NCBI GenBank assembly: GCA_951406725.2
Contig: OX597825.1
Coordinates: forward strand, 46,934,001 to 46,998,000
Length of the DNA: 64,000 nt
Direction: 5' to 3'
From: Octopus vulgaris
Taxonomy: Eukaryota
Below, in pieces: positions 12,262-26,097 of the stretch. A model generated the notes under the pieces. That model did no database searches. It saw only the letters and a list, made by a program, of their open reading frames with translations, and was not told the DNA's origin. Every line of letters starts with the position of its first letter. Position 1 is the first letter of the stretch. The position numbers were made by a program, and so were the translations under genes.

Positions 12262-15200
12262 GGTAGTGGGTATAAAGGTAGTGGGTAGCGAACTTCTTCA
12301 CTACTTCAGGGAGTGACGACCCTGCCTGACACGGGTTCCGGGCTCAGCTGGCTCCGGCTGACAGTACCCGGTATGGGCCTCTATCCAGGGTTACGGAAAG
12401 GAGACAACCTTCAAAGAAATCCGGAGTAGAGCCCCGAAGGCGGTCTAGTGTTCGACTCGACACTCTTCTGGCAGCTCCTGCAACCAAGCTGGTGCCAAAC
12501 GTAATGCACTGCACTCCACTGGACTACATCAGCAAGGTCGAGAGAGGAAACCTGACGATTGGGCTACCCAGGACTTTCTTATCTATAGCCCAGGCCTGCG
12601 CAAAACTGGAGAGGACACTTCAGTGCTGCTGTAAAAAGCTGCAGAAACAACACGGGAGGTAACAGTCACGAGTGATAAGTCCATTCAGATTGGCGTAGAA
12701 TATGGGCGCTACGGGTTACCTCTGACGGTGGGAGGGACATCCGTGTCCTATTGGTTAGCTACTGCCCACCTCAAGCTGGGCAGCCCCCAGTTAATAAGGT
12801 GCTGACCCGCCACAGGCCGCCTGCTCCATTGGGTGCTTGGAGCTAAGAGTATGACTCGAAAAGCGGCCTGCAACCTCTGCACCAGGCAAACAACTAAAAG
12901 TCAAGAAAACACCAGTTCTGCGGTTGGCAAGCTGGAATGTCAGGACCATGTGTCCTGGAATATCTGATGATCTTCTCAGGATTGAAGACACAAGGAAAAC
13001 GGCCATCATTGACCGTGAACTAAAGAGGCTCAACATAGATATTGCTGGGTTGCAGGAGACAAGACTTCCCTCAAACGGCAAACTCAAAGAGCAGGATTTC
13101 ACCTTCTTTTGGCAGGGAAGCGATCCAGAAGAACCTCGTCAACATGGCGTTGGCTTTTCAGTGAGAAACTCATTACTCTCCTCAATAGAACCACTACTCT
13201 CCTCAATAGAGGCACTGAGCGTATCCTCTCACTGCGCCTCTCGACTTCTTATGGCTCAGTACATCTACTCTGCATCTATGCTCACACTCTCTACAGCTCA
13301 GAGGAGACCAAGGACCAGTTCTACAAAGATCTCAACTGTGCCATGATTCGTGGCCCATTTGTGTTGGACACTTTGGTATTGGCAACATGAATGGCAATGG
13401 TCAGAGACTACTCGAATTCTGCACATACCACAACCTGTGCATCACAAACACATTCTTTACCAACAAGCCATCCCACAAGTCATCCTGGAGACATCCAAGA
13501 TCTCACCACTGGCATCAGCTGGATCTCATCATTACACGGAGATCCTTTCTGAATTCTACTCTATTGACCTGCAGTTACCATAGCGCGGATTGTGACACAG
13601 ACCACTCACTAATTAGAATTAGGGTGAGGATTCTGCCTAAAAAAGTCCATCGCATCAACACCGCCAGAACCTCGGACCCTACACTGCGAAAATGTTTTGC
13701 TGTTTCTATCAAGGTTGCCCTCAGTAGCTGCCCAACCTCCTCTGCTGAAAGTAGGTGGGACTATATCAGGGAAGCCTTGTATCAATAGATACTTTCGACA
13801 TGAGAGAAAGGCAAAACCCAGATTGGTTCAATGCTGGGCTCTCAGAGCTGGAGCCAGTTATCGAAGCAAAGCGTGCAGCTCTGATGCAATACAAGAGTGA
13901 CTCTTCAACAAAGTCACTCGAAGAACTCAGAAAGGCACGAAATAAAACCCAACTGACAGCCAGACGCTGTGCAAATAGGTATTGGCAGGAAATCTGTCAG
14001 AGTATCCAGTCAGCTGCTGACAGGGGCGACACCCGTGGGATGTATGCCGGTTTGAAGAAGGCCCTCGGTCCATCCGCAACCAGGTCAGCCCCTCTGAAAT
14101 CAACTACTGGAGATCTCATCAGGGATCAAAGCACGCAAATGGATAGATGGGTGGAGCACTACCAGGATCTCTACTCACGGGAGACTACAGTGGCTGAGGC
14201 TGCAGTCGAGAGTGTCAAGATCTTGCCAGTCATGTGCGAACTTGACAGTCCGCCATCTATAGCAGAGCTCACCAAGGCTGTTGACTCCCTAGCAAGAAAA
14301 AAGGCTCCGGGAAAAGACGGCATCCCCCCAGAGATCATCAAAGCCGGCAAAAACACCATCCTGCTTCGGCACCTTCATGAGCTTCTGTGTCAGTGCTGGG
14401 AAGAGGGTACAGTCCCTCAGGATATGCGGGATGCTAACATCATTACGCTTTACAAAAACAAAGGTGACCGTGGTGATTGTAACAATTACCGTGGTATATC
14501 TCTTCTAAGCACTGTTGGAAAGACCTTTGCCCGCGTTATCCTGGCCAGGCTACAACTACCTGCTTCTCGAATCTATCCGAATCGCAGTGTGGCTTTAGAA
14601 GAAGCAGATCAACTATCGATATGATATTCTCCATACGCCAACTTCAGGAGAAGTCCAGAGAGCAGAAAATGCCATTATATATGGCCTTCATTGATCTAAC
14701 AAAGTCTTTTGACTCGGTAAGCAGAACAGGCCTCTTCATTCTGCTCCAAAAAATCGGATGTCCACCAAAGCTGCTGAGGATCATCAAGTCTTTCCATGAT
14801 GACATGCAAGGCACCATACAGCACAACAGTTCAACATCAGCCGCCTTCCAAATAAAAAACGGGGTAAAGCAAGGTTGTGTCCTCGCTCCTACATTGTTTG
14901 GCCTCTTCTTCTCGCTCCTGCTGTCACATGTCGTTGAGACATCAGATGATGGAGTGTTTCTGCACAGTAGAAGTGACAGGAAACTGTTCAATCTCTCGCA
15001 ACTGCGTGCCAAGACCAAAATCAGAAGCGTTCTGATCAAGGAGATGCTATTTGCTGATGATGCCGCTCTGGTATCACACACAGAAGAAGCCCTCCAAAGG
15101 CTCATCAACTGTTTTGAGCAAGCATGTAACGAATTTGTCTTAGTTATCAGCCTTAAGAAGACCAACATCATGGGCCAGGCTACATCGGACAAACCCAAAC

Positions 15201-16069
15201 ATACATATTGGAGACCACAGATTACAGGAGGTGGAGAAGTTTACCTATCTTGGCTCTACCGTCACCTACAACCTATCCCTTGACGCTGAGCTCAATATAC
15301 GCATTGGCAAGGCAGCTTCTGCGATGGCCCAACTCTCCAAACGGGCTTGGGACAACAATAAGCTGACCAAGACCACGAAAATGAAGATCTACCAGGCATG
15401 TGTACTCAGCACTCTACTGTATGGAAGTGAGACCTGGACGCTATACACACGCCAAGAGCGTCGCCTAAACATCTTTCACCTGCGCTGCCTACGAAAAATC
15501 CTCCGCATCAAATGGCAGAATCATATCCCCAACAAAGATGTCCTCAGGCAAGCAGGAATACCAAGCATGTTTGCACTCTTCACACAAAGACGTATGAGAT
15601 GGCTTGGGCATGTTAGCCGTATGAAAGATGGCAGAATGCCCAAGGACATACTTTACGGAGAGCTTGCTAGGGGTACTACGTCTGTGGGTAGACCGATCTT
15701 ACGTTACAAGGATGTTTGCAAAAGGGACATGAAGACCTGCAACATCAATATTAGCGGTTGGGAGGCAGTTGCCGGCAACCGTGGAGAATGGCGACGTACC
15801 GTAAAAGAGGGAATACAAAGGAGTGCCAGAGAGAGAGAGGAGAAATGGAAAAACAAGAAAAGACGTCAACAAGAAACTATGACATTACAACCAGCCAGGA
15901 ACAGTCTTCGCTACATTTGCGGTACCTGCCAGAGGGAGTGTTTGTCCAGGATAGGACTACACAGCCACAGCAGGAAATGTATCAGGACATGAAATATAAA
16001 AGCCGGACTAGACTACTTTATGCGCAACTCCATTGTCTCCCGAGACAAAAAGGATGCCAACCAATCAAT
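12262..16069 (+). mobile_element. Near full-length RTE-clade LINE (frameshifted)
   Basis: APE endonuclease (SWNVRT, GLQETR, HGVGF, NGNG..LL, QLD.I, TDHSL), RT (KAPGKDGIP, NYRGISLL, FIDLTK.FDSV, GVKQGCVLAP, LFADD), C-terminal C2H2-like CGTC..SRIGLHSH, 3' stem-loop tgtctcccgagaca. Inserted in (TA)n. Confidence 0.95.
12924..15992 (+). pseudogene. RTE endonuclease-reverse transcriptase ORF broken by frameshifts
   Basis: Consecutive ORFs 12924, 13109, 13387, 13755, 14621 and 15231 tile one EN-RT protein. 21-bp duplication LLSSIEP/LLSSIEA. Confidence 0.9.
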
Positions 16070-16172
16070 ATATATATATATATATAAATAATCAATAATA
16101 ATAAAGGGTAAAATTAATTTTACCAAGTAGTTCGGTATGTTAAAAGAGCTATTATCGGTAACCTTATACAAA

Positions 16173-16719
16173 AATTCTATAATTGTAAGTATAATTATAA
16201 TTAGGGTTCAGCAAAAATTGCTTCACCACATACCGAAATTTAGAAATAGCAGTTGAATACTATTCCACTACCATAAAATATCTCCCAGACAGTAATACTC
16301 TCAACTCACGAAGGTAAAGAGAAAAAAAAGAGGAAGAATGCGAGATCTCATTCGTCTGTTTGAATTCGGAAGTACTGGTTTTTGGATATATGTTGTCCGA
16401 TGGTGCTTGATCTAATACGTATATTAATTATCAGTGTTCTCCAATTTAAAATTGAAATACTATACTGACGACGGGAATAAGTGAGTAGAAATATGATTTT
16501 ACATCTTTTTACACCTCTTTAACCCAGAAAGGCGTATACAGTTAATCAAAGCCGGGTGGATTCGTTATCTTTTTCTCTTTACCTGCGTGGGTTGAGACTA
16601 TTACTGTCTGGGAGATATTTTATAGTAGTGGAATAGTATTTAACTGTTATTTCTAAATTTCGGTATATGGTGAAGAAATTTTTACTGAACCCTAATTATA
16701 ATTATGCTTATAATTATAG

Positions 16720-16723
<4 letters not shown>
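16173..16723 (+). mobile_element. PLE-type fold-back insert with internal degenerate hammerhead
   Basis: ~150-bp inverted arms 16173-16326 / 16570-16723. The spacer holds actata-CTGACGA(16465-71)-cggg...ccca-GAAA-ggc-GTA-tacagt. Confidence 0.72.
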
Positions 16724-16803
<80 letters not shown>

Positions 16804-17466
16804 TAGAGAGAGAGAGAGAGAGAGAGAAGAGGAGAGGAGGAATAGGAAGAAGAAGAAGAAAAAATTCCTACTAAAACAGAAAACGCGTTCTTGCTGATTA
16901 AATTAATACAATTAATATAGAAAAGTAGAATTGTATAAAAAGATAAGGGACATTCTAACGTGTCTTTAGTAAATAGGGTGGGATGAATATGGAAAAAATG
17001 GTGTCAGAATTAAATTGAGGAATGTGACATATAAAAATTGAGAAATAACTCGTTTCAGAAATACATTCATTAAGCGTCTCTAAATAGAAGTTAATTTAGT
17101 GTTTCAATGTACTTTCACTAATCGATTGATAAAAACATTTTATGATATTTGAATCGATATTGCAGAGTAATAAAAATAGATTTTTGAGTTTATATTGCCT
17201 ACGATGAAAATGTACTTTTACTTTCATTAGTCTTTCTAGATTATTTCTATTTCAGTGTTGATGATTTCCAATTAGTTCTTTTCATTAGGGTTTTCTTCTC
17301 AGCTATTAATTATGCTTTCTTTGATGTAATTTTTCCTCTAGACTTAATTATATTCATTTGTTCTCTGTTGCTCAACCAATCATAGTTTATACAGGAATTG
17401 TCTCAAATATTTCTAGTAGAGAATCATTGAAAGACCATACTTTTAGCATCTACGCTAGTACAAAAT

Positions 17467-20400
17467 ATGTATGTCATTATTCAGTTTTATTTCAAGGTTT
17501 CTTGCCAATAGAGAAAGAGCCGGTTTCTAACCTAGATCCAATCCTCCTTCATTGGAATTTCAACATCAACAACAGGGTATTTTTTGTATGTATGCATGTA
17601 TGTTTTCCTTTACATGTGCATTGATTCTCATTTTTTTGAGACATATATTTATATATTTCGTATAGGGAAGATCAGCAGCAATAGTGTCATGCTTCTAGAG
17701 CTTTGCGAAGAGTATGGACTTTATATCGCAAACACTCGTTTTATGCACAGAGGCGATCACACAACAACGTGGATGCACCCAAGTTCTAAAGTTTGCCATT
17801 TGCTGGATTATGTCATCATCCGAGAGTGTGATATCTATGACATTTTTAATGTCAAGTCCTTCCATGGTTCGGAGTGCTGGACTGACTACAGCCTAGTGTG
17901 AGCAAAATTCCGGATTATGATCAGAATGAAAGAAAGAAGAGGACCAGTTGGCATTCCTCGAAGTCTGAATTTCCATGATGCTGTGGTGAGGAAAGGGCTT
18001 CAGAATCGTTTATTTAGCATTGAAAATACTGCATCGTGGGAAGATTTTTGAGACTAGATTTTTCAATGTACTACTGAAACACGGATATTCTACTGCCAGA
18101 CACAGAGACTGGTTTGATGAAAACGATGCTGAAGTTCAGTGGCTGCTGGTCATAAAGTGCCATGCCCACAGTGTATTACTGCACAGTTGTGCAGCGAAAT
18201 CTAGTACCTGCCTATGACAGCAGTGTAAAATTACTACTGCATCGATATCTCAGGAGGATGTAGAATACCTGGTTGGAAGATCTTTCTCGTGATGTTCAGG
18301 CTGCTGCTAATGCAAATGACAGAAAGAAGCTTTACTATCATATGAAGCAAGTTTATGGGGCTTGGAGCTCTGCATCAGCTCATTTGCTTTCCAAGGAGTC
18401 TTATACTCTGTTTACTAAATCAACAGCAGTCACAAGTCGCTGGATTGAACATTTTTCTGAAATTCTAAACTGCGAGTCAGTTGTGGACGAAGTAGGCATT
18501 GACACTATGTAACAGAGACCTGCTATTAACGCCTTAAATTCCACGCCCTCAATAAATGAGATAAATAAGTAACTTGAATCTTGGCAAGGCACCTGGTAAG
18601 GATGGTATTTGTGCTGAGGTCTTGCGATTTGGTGGTGATCACATCACACAGTCACTTCCATGAACGTATTAGTGTAACCTGGAGGGATCGCGCAATGCCT
18701 AAGGACTGGAAGGATGCAATTATCCTTTTTCTTTATGAAGGAAAGGGAGCCAGAGTAGAGTGTGGCAACTGCAGAAGTATTGCTCAACTATCAGCTGCTG
18801 GCAAGGTTCTGGCAAGTATTCTTCTTACTCACCTGAATAGGTTCTTGTAAATGATGCCCTATCTGACAATGTGGATATGATTTCCACAGCGAGACAGATG
18901 CAGGAGAAGTACTACGAGCTAAACATGGATCTTGTCCATGTATTCATTGATTTAACCAAGGTATTTGATACTGTAAATAGAGCCTCTCTATGGAAAATAC
19001 CTGGCAAACTTGGATGTCCAGATCCCTTTGTATCAACAATCAAATCATTTCATGATTGGATGGAGGCTTGGGTCAATGTTGGCGGTGGCATGGTGGGACC
19101 CATTCCTGTAGAGAATGGTGTCAAGTAGGGTGACATCTTTGCCTCAGGTCTCTTTTCTCTGTACTTTGCTGCTACTCTTACTCATGTTTTTGCTGTGAAC
19201 AGCTCTCCTGGGATATATGTTAGGCATTGATCTTCTGGCTGTCTTCTTAACCTGCATCGATTTGCTACCAATTCAAAAGTTCTCCCGTTTCTTATTCGTG
19301 ACATCATATTTCTGCTTCTTGCAAGGCATTTGGACTCAGCATTAGCCTGGACAAGACTGTTGTAATGTTCAAACCTGCACCAGGAAGCCCATATGTGGAA
19401 CCAACTATCTTGGTTGAAGGAGCAATACTGAAAGACAAGTATGTCTACCTGTTAGACGAGTTTGTAGACAAGTTTGTTTACCTGGGCAGCGCACTCAGCC
19501 GTTCTTGCTCCCTGGATAATGAAATATCTTTCAGGCTGCAGGTTTCTTGAGCCTCGTGTCTGGTCCTAACATAGCATCACAAGGCGAAATTCCTTCAGGT
19601 CTCTTGAGCCTCGTGTCTGGTCCTAACAAAGCATCACAAGGCGAAATTGCTGTGCACCGTGCATGTGTACTGACATCGCTCCTTTACTCATGTGAGACAT
19701 GGACCCTTTACAAACGTCATATAAAGGTCCCCTAACGCTTCCATCAGAGTTGCTTGATATATATTCTGAATATTGACTGGACCTTAAAAAATCCAGATAC
19801 ACAGGTCCTGAGGAAAGCCGATATTCTGAGCATTGAGGCGATGGTGCACGTTGGACTGGACACCTTGTTAGAATGAATGATAGCAAAATCCCTAAAGAGA
19901 TGCTATATTGGGAACTTATTGGAAAGCGACCCAGCTGAAGCCAAGACTGCAATTTAAGGAAAGTGTGAAATCCTAATTAAAGGCCTATGAAATGAGGGAG
20001 GCTGACTGGGAGAGCAAATCTTGCAACCGTTACGGATGGAAGGAACGGGTAAAGGAGGGAGTCGATACCTTTCAAAAATCACGTAATTACTCATGAAGAA
20101 TTTAAGCGTGCTGCTCGAAAACGCACTGCTAGTGAAATGAATGGGGGGAAAGCTTGGTCTGCAATGTTTTCAGTCGTGTATGTTTGCCAAGGGCAGGGCT
20201 CGTTAGTTATCAACGGAGCAGCAAGTGTAAAGTATAAACTAGTCTTGAGCGCGCAATGTTCCTATAGGTCAGTATTGGTTTTCCTCGGTCACGAGTGGAC
20301 GGCCATCATGTATGTGTGTATGTATGTATATGTGCAGAATTGTATGTTTGTTTCATGCATATATTCTCATGCATATATTTGCATATCTAGACATGCTCAT

Positions 20401-20562
20401 ATATATCTTAATAACAAACTTCTGGAAAGTTTTACAGATTATTACAGTTCCGGTAATCTAACATGGGCCATAATAAAACATGCACAGCCATACAATACCC
20501 TTTCCAGAAGATGCAGACACTCCTCCGAGGAATCGCTCTCTATCTTTTGGACCGATGAGTAG
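17467..20562. mobile_element. PLE-derived repeat split by the RTE (17467-17640 + 20310-20455), then GIY-YIG C-terminal fragment (20460-20562)
   Basis: The two flanks join up collinearly with the uninterrupted copy at 30060-30290. TWAIIKHAQPYNTLSRRCR resembles TWSILDRAAPY...KCRLC of the PLE endonuclease. Confidence 0.6.
17661..20309 (+). mobile_element. Old degraded RTE LINE
   Basis: Fragments TTWMHPSSK..HLLDYVI, ECGNCRSIAQLS, FIDLTKVFDTVNR, LLYSCETWT. 3' end cctcggtcacgagtggacggccatcat. Confidence 0.88.
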
Positions 20563-21074
20563 ATCATTAATATGATTTCAAAATGCTTGCATGCTTATAA
20601 TTGCACTTTCACACAATGCTGTGGGAATGAATTTGAGTAATCGTTAACCAAATTAATAACCACAATATACCTAAATGTACGGGCGAATGAACCGTAACCT
20701 CCCTATTCTTGTAAACACAATGCCACAATAATTACCAATATCACTGTGATACCCCTTAGCCATTGTGTATCGATTAATGTAATATAAATACTAACGTCAG
20801 CCTCTCAATAAGTATCGCTCACCGTGAGACGAAAACGCCAAAAAAACCTACGCTTATCTACACTGGTGATCCTAACACTGGCATTAATACATCCTATAGG
20901 CTATCGATTATTTCATTAGACGTTTATACAAAAATACTCATCTACTATGTCAGATATTTACAAGAGCTATGTCTGATATATAAGTATATCGGCCAGACCT
21001 AGTGAACTCCACCACAAAATTTGTGACTCCTCACCAAGCCGAGTCATATTACTAGCCACTTTTAGACAATGATT

Positions 21075-21305
21075 TTATTATTTAAATTGGACGGATTTGT
21101 GTCCTCATCATGTTTAATGTTAACTCTCCAGCCTTCATCAGGTGTCCTGGTAGAATTTTCAACCTAACTCTGGATTCTCATTCCTAAGTTATTTTTCGTG
21201 ATGTTACTACTACTACTATTGTTATTTATTCAAGCTATTGCCTAGAATTGAACTCGGAATCTTGGGGTTAGTAGCCCACGCTCTTAACCATTACTCTATA
21301 TGCCA
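21075..21305 (-). mobile_element. tRNA-headed SINE with hammerhead-like tail remnant
   Basis: Minus strand head ggcatatagagtaatggttaagagcgtgggctactaaccccaagattccgagttcaattctaggc (A box, anticodon arm, B box). Tail gacac-CTGATGA-aggctgg. Confidence 0.65.
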
Positions 21306-21873
21306 GTGGGCATGACTTTATTAATATCAATGGCTTTATTACTATCTATTTCATTCGTTGTGTGAGCGTATATGCGCCACATAAAGCGTGTGCGTATGCT
21401 TATATCTTCGTCTAAGTTTGTACGAGCGACTGTACATGCGACAGACAACGTAATCGAGGGCGTTTGTACATTCATATCTACTAACGGTTATATCTAATAC
21501 TTTTTTCGTTGTATTGTGTATTTATTTCTTTTTGCCCCTGTTATTTGTTATTGATTCTATATAATAATAAAGCAGTATCTCTTAATTTGCTGCTCTTGTA
21601 TACACATACCGAGAAGAAATCTTGCTAAACAGACGTTATTTTAACGAGATACATCTTATAATAACCTGAGGAGACACATCTACACCGTTGGATACACCTA
21701 AACCAGATGTTCAGTATTCCACCCGTGAAGGATCCATGCTAGATGGGTAAAAAAAATCGAAGAGATCAGTAAACTTTCTCGTATCTTCCCTCTTCCGTCT
21801 CTCTCATTATACATACATACATACATACATACGTACATTCATACATACATACATACATACATACACACACACA

Positions 21874-21907
<34 letters not shown>

Positions 21908-22021
21908 CATACATACATACGTACATACATACATACACAGTGTTTTACTCTTTATCTTATATTAAACTTTTAATACTTTTTGATAGTTTAAAATTTAATA
22001 AAAAAAATAATAAATAAATAA

Positions 22022-22064
<43 letters not shown>

Positions 22065-22345
22065 AAATTTATAAGTTTAATTTATTAATTTAAATATCTT
22101 TTTTAAATTTTAACTTTAATTTAAATATTTTAATCGGATTTTTATATTTTATATTTTATATTTTTATATTTTTTAATTAATTTTATTTCTATGTATTGGC
22201 TTAATGATTTTCACTGTTTGATTTGACTAATAGTGGTTTTATCTCTAATTTAATATAATATAATATAATATATATATATGACCCGTTTGTCTTTTTGTTC
22301 GTCTCTTCGTGTATTTCACGTTATTTATTTATATAAAGGTCTATC

Positions 22346-22401
<56 letters not shown>

Positions 22402-22789
22402 GTATACAGATATATACACGGGAAATCGATTATTCATTTTGGATGTCGCTTTGTATGCTCAAGAGATACAAAGTTTCTAAGTAAGCTGTATGAATAGTCC
22501 AATACATACATCTAGGGGGTAAATAGCTATAATCATTAAGAAACAAAATAAGGGGAAAACAATAGAAAATAGGTATATATACATATAAATACAAAGAAAT
22601 AACTATCTTATCCAAATGAATAATGTTTGTTACAATTTCCAAAAATTCAGTGAAAAGAAATATATTTTACAAAAGAAAAAATGAAAGAAAGAAAAAGGAA
22701 GAAAAAACAGAAAAAGATCAATGCAGTAACAACTGCCTTTATTATTCGCACACCATAAGATTCAATGGACCTACTGAAGCAAGCCAACA

Positions 22790-24200
22790 CGCTCGCTGCA
22801 TTATCACAAGCAACGGCGAGGCTAAGGCATTGGAACAGCCAAGTAACCTCACGGGCATCACCTGACACGTTGGTAGGGTGAGCAGCTCATAATGTCAAGA
22901 ACTTCGCCGTTAGCGGCCCAGCTACTCCAAATGTCTCAACGCCACAGACTGAAAGACATAGTTCACTGTCAGGTCGCGGAACTTCAGGATTTTATTCCTT
23001 TCGGCTACGGAAGCAGTGACCCTCCCATATACCGAAGTATCTAGGATGCTGGAGGGAGCGAAGGAGCCACAGACTATGTCGTCATAGTTGGGGCGCCTGA
23101 CTTTTACCCAAGGACAGTGAGTAAGACATATGGTCTCTACCCATCACATCTGGATAATTCGGCCGGCTCCAGAACTGAGGGGATATTAGCCCGAGTAAGG
23201 GCCCGCTTATTGATTAAGATTAGCTCGGTGTGACGAGCAAAACGACCAGCATCAAGGCGGCAAGACAGACCGCGAAGACTTGTGGAGTCGAGGAGCCTAC
23301 CACAGTGATATCTCAGTCCCCTACAGACGCTTGCTCCCACTCTGAGTGCGATGGAGATGCAGAGTTCAGAGTAGACCACCAATGTTGGTCACTTGGAGGG
23401 CATCAATCCATTCCCCTGATAAATTTGCACTAGAGGAAATTTGGCGACGCCTTGAAAATGGATCAGATTGATCAAGAAGCGAATTGAAAGTGGCACTTAA
23501 GCGCAGTCTATCCACAACTGTAACAGGAACTGACAGACCTGGTTCTCTCCACTGTGACAGCGCTTCACTGATCTTCCTGTTGAAACTAATCCATGTTGTA
23601 GAGGAGAGGATGTTCCCTACTAAAAGGGGGTAAGCGTGGATGAAAGAAAGAAAACAGGGAAGAGAGAGGTTAGCACTTGCGCAGACCTAGACACCCAAAC
23701 TGTTTGGGCAAAGCAGTCTGGTCGCGGGGCTGTGGAGAGAGTCCGACATTTATCAAGCATTGGAATTTCTTGAGGATTAGGTCATCAAAAACCAGAATTT
23801 CTTGAGGATTAGGTCATCAAAAACCAGAATCTATTAGAGGGATTAACTCCGAGAAAGTACCGTAACTTAGAAGTCAACAAGTAATTCCTAAGTATGAAAA
23901 ATACCTTGGTGAAGCTCAATTACCTCAAGCTTTTTAAAAAGTTGCTCAAGTTTAAGCATCTTGGATTGAAAGATGCCATCGAAAGCTCGGTTAGTAACTG
24001 TAGCTCCAAGAGAGCACCACGCTGATGAATGAAGAATCGCAAGAGAGGTGAAAGAATCTGTAAATAGGTTTACAGTCTGCAGCTGATGTGAAGCAAGATG
24101 GTTGAGAACCATCATTTCATTTGGAGCTGTTAACGCTAAGGCCTCTACGACAAAGTTCCTCAATCATCATCCTCGCAGGTGCAAGGACCTTGCCAGGAGG
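22790..24200 (-). mobile_element. Degraded CRE-like (RLE-type) non-LTR retrotransposon
   Basis: CGRLLDS...GLSC...GRFARHTEL...KRAL..ANIPSVLEP..LSRCDG.RP, then AERNK..K...VETFG, matching the zinc knuckle plus restriction-like endonuclease region. 32-bp tandem duplication at ~23763-23830. Confidence 0.72.
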
Positions 24201-24225
24201 GCCCGTATATATATATATATATATA

Positions 24226-25409
24226 CTAGCATTAAAGACCCGTCGTTGCCGGGTCATAGTGCTAGTGCATGTATATATGTGTATATATATGTATACATAT
24301 TACATGTACATCTATATATATACATCTACCCATAAAATACAAAATACAGTTATATCTTCATATCGCTAGTAATAACAATACTCAAAATATATAACAGACT
24401 GGAATTGTTAGCCCGTCTCTTGTAATTTCGATCAATTGCATCTTGTCCTCCCTCTTGTATAGAAGTGTGGCTACAATCCAGCCTACTCCTACTGCTGGGG
24501 GGGGGGGGGGCATTTAAAATTTTTATCCAGGACGTTCTACGTCCCAGATATAAAGGTAAAAATAAAATATTTCCACTTTGCAAGTTCGAGTCGAGTACTC
24601 CCTTGCACGCTCCGTTGACTCGAACCTTGCTTCTATTGTGGCGAATTTACCGCCTCTGGTTAGATATCTTTCATAGTCGCACCAAGACACTTTTCGATGG
24701 TGCTTTCCTCCAGGTGTTCAAATCTTCTTTTTTCTCTACATTGTATACTTTATAGACAATAGTCTTTTCTTTAATTTAATTTTTTATTATCCATCTGGAC
24801 TATTCCATTTCTGCACGCTAATTTTATTTTTAATTTATTCCCATTCATGTGAAACCACTTATTCAAGTCCAAGTCATTGATGCAATTTTATACCAATTGC
24901 TATTTTTACTTTTGTTATGTTACGATTATATTATAATTTAGTTTGATTTTAATTATTACTTACTACATATAATTCAATTGTTATTATTATTTTTATTGTT
25001 AAAATGAAAGTATCTGACATAAAATAGAGAAACGTTTTTGTTTCACTTTTAACACGTAATACTGAAATAGTGGAGAAGATATGATATTGTTATGGGCTCG
25101 TTCTAGGCAAGAAGTTGAACATTTTTTGTACCCATGAAACTACATGGACCCTAAGTAAGGCATGTGAAAAATTTGAATGGAATTAGTTGTGTAGTTCTCA
25201 AGTTTTAGGGAATCGTAGTGGAGAAGATATGATATTGCTGTGGGCTCGCCCTAGGCAAAAAGTTCCAAATTTTTTGCCGATTGCACTCCCCGGACCCTAA
25301 GTAAGGCATGTGTAAAATTTGAATGAAATTGGTTATGTAGTTCTCAAGTTTTAGGGAAACACACAGACAGACAGACAGACACACATTCTCAGTTTTATAT
25401 ATATAAAGA
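24226..25409 (-). mobile_element. Non-autonomous Helitron (copy 1)
   Basis: 5' TC, 3' hairpin gacccggcaacgacgggtc then CTAG, inserted between A and T. Internal ~130-bp duplication. Near-identical copy at 53880-55036. Confidence 0.88.
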
Positions 25410-25680
25410 TATATATAGGTGTATAAAGGTTGAATGTAGATTTGTCCTTTAATTTGGAGGTTACCAAAAAAAGTTTTCTAATATTGATCCTTCATACTTT
25501 GCTGGGGGTTTACTGGCGTAAATTTGCGATGAAAATAGTACTTGTATATAGTATATGGTGAATTTGTGGAATGAAGTCCCATAAAAGTCAAAAATTTAGT
25601 TAAAAATAGAGGAGACAAGTTGCTAAAATTTATAAGATTTCGTATAGAGATATAACAATAAAGTAAGTTCAGGACTGAAT

Positions 25681-25885
25681 TACTCTTTTACTTGTTTCAG
25701 TCATTTGACTGTGGCCATGCTGGAGCACCTTTAGTCGAGCAAATCGACCCAGGACTTATTCTTTGTAAGCCTAGTACTTATTATATCGGTCTCTTTTGCC
25801 GAACCCCTAGGTGACGGGGAGATAAACACATCAGCATCGGTTGTCAAGCGATGTTGGGGGGACAAACACAGACACATAAACGCAT

Positions 25886-25919
<34 letters not shown>

Positions 25920-26097
25920 GTATACATACATATATACGACGGGCTTCTTTCAGTTTCCGTCTACCAAATCCACTCACTAGGCCTTAGACGGGCCGAGGCT
26001 ATAGTAGAAGACACTTGCCCAAGATGCCACGCAGTGGGACTGAACCCAGAACCATGCGGTTCGTAGGCAAGCTACTTATCACACAGCCACTCCTACA
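25681..26097 (-). mobile_element. tRNA-derived SINE, full length
   Basis: Head ggagtggctgtgtgataagtagcttgc...gggttcagtccc, central (CA)/(TA) tract, (agtaaaag)n tail. Multiple copies in the window. Confidence 0.88.

Noticed and set aside
21240-21304. tRNA gene
   Set aside because: Degenerate acceptor and D stems and attachment to a repeat tail indicate a SINE head.
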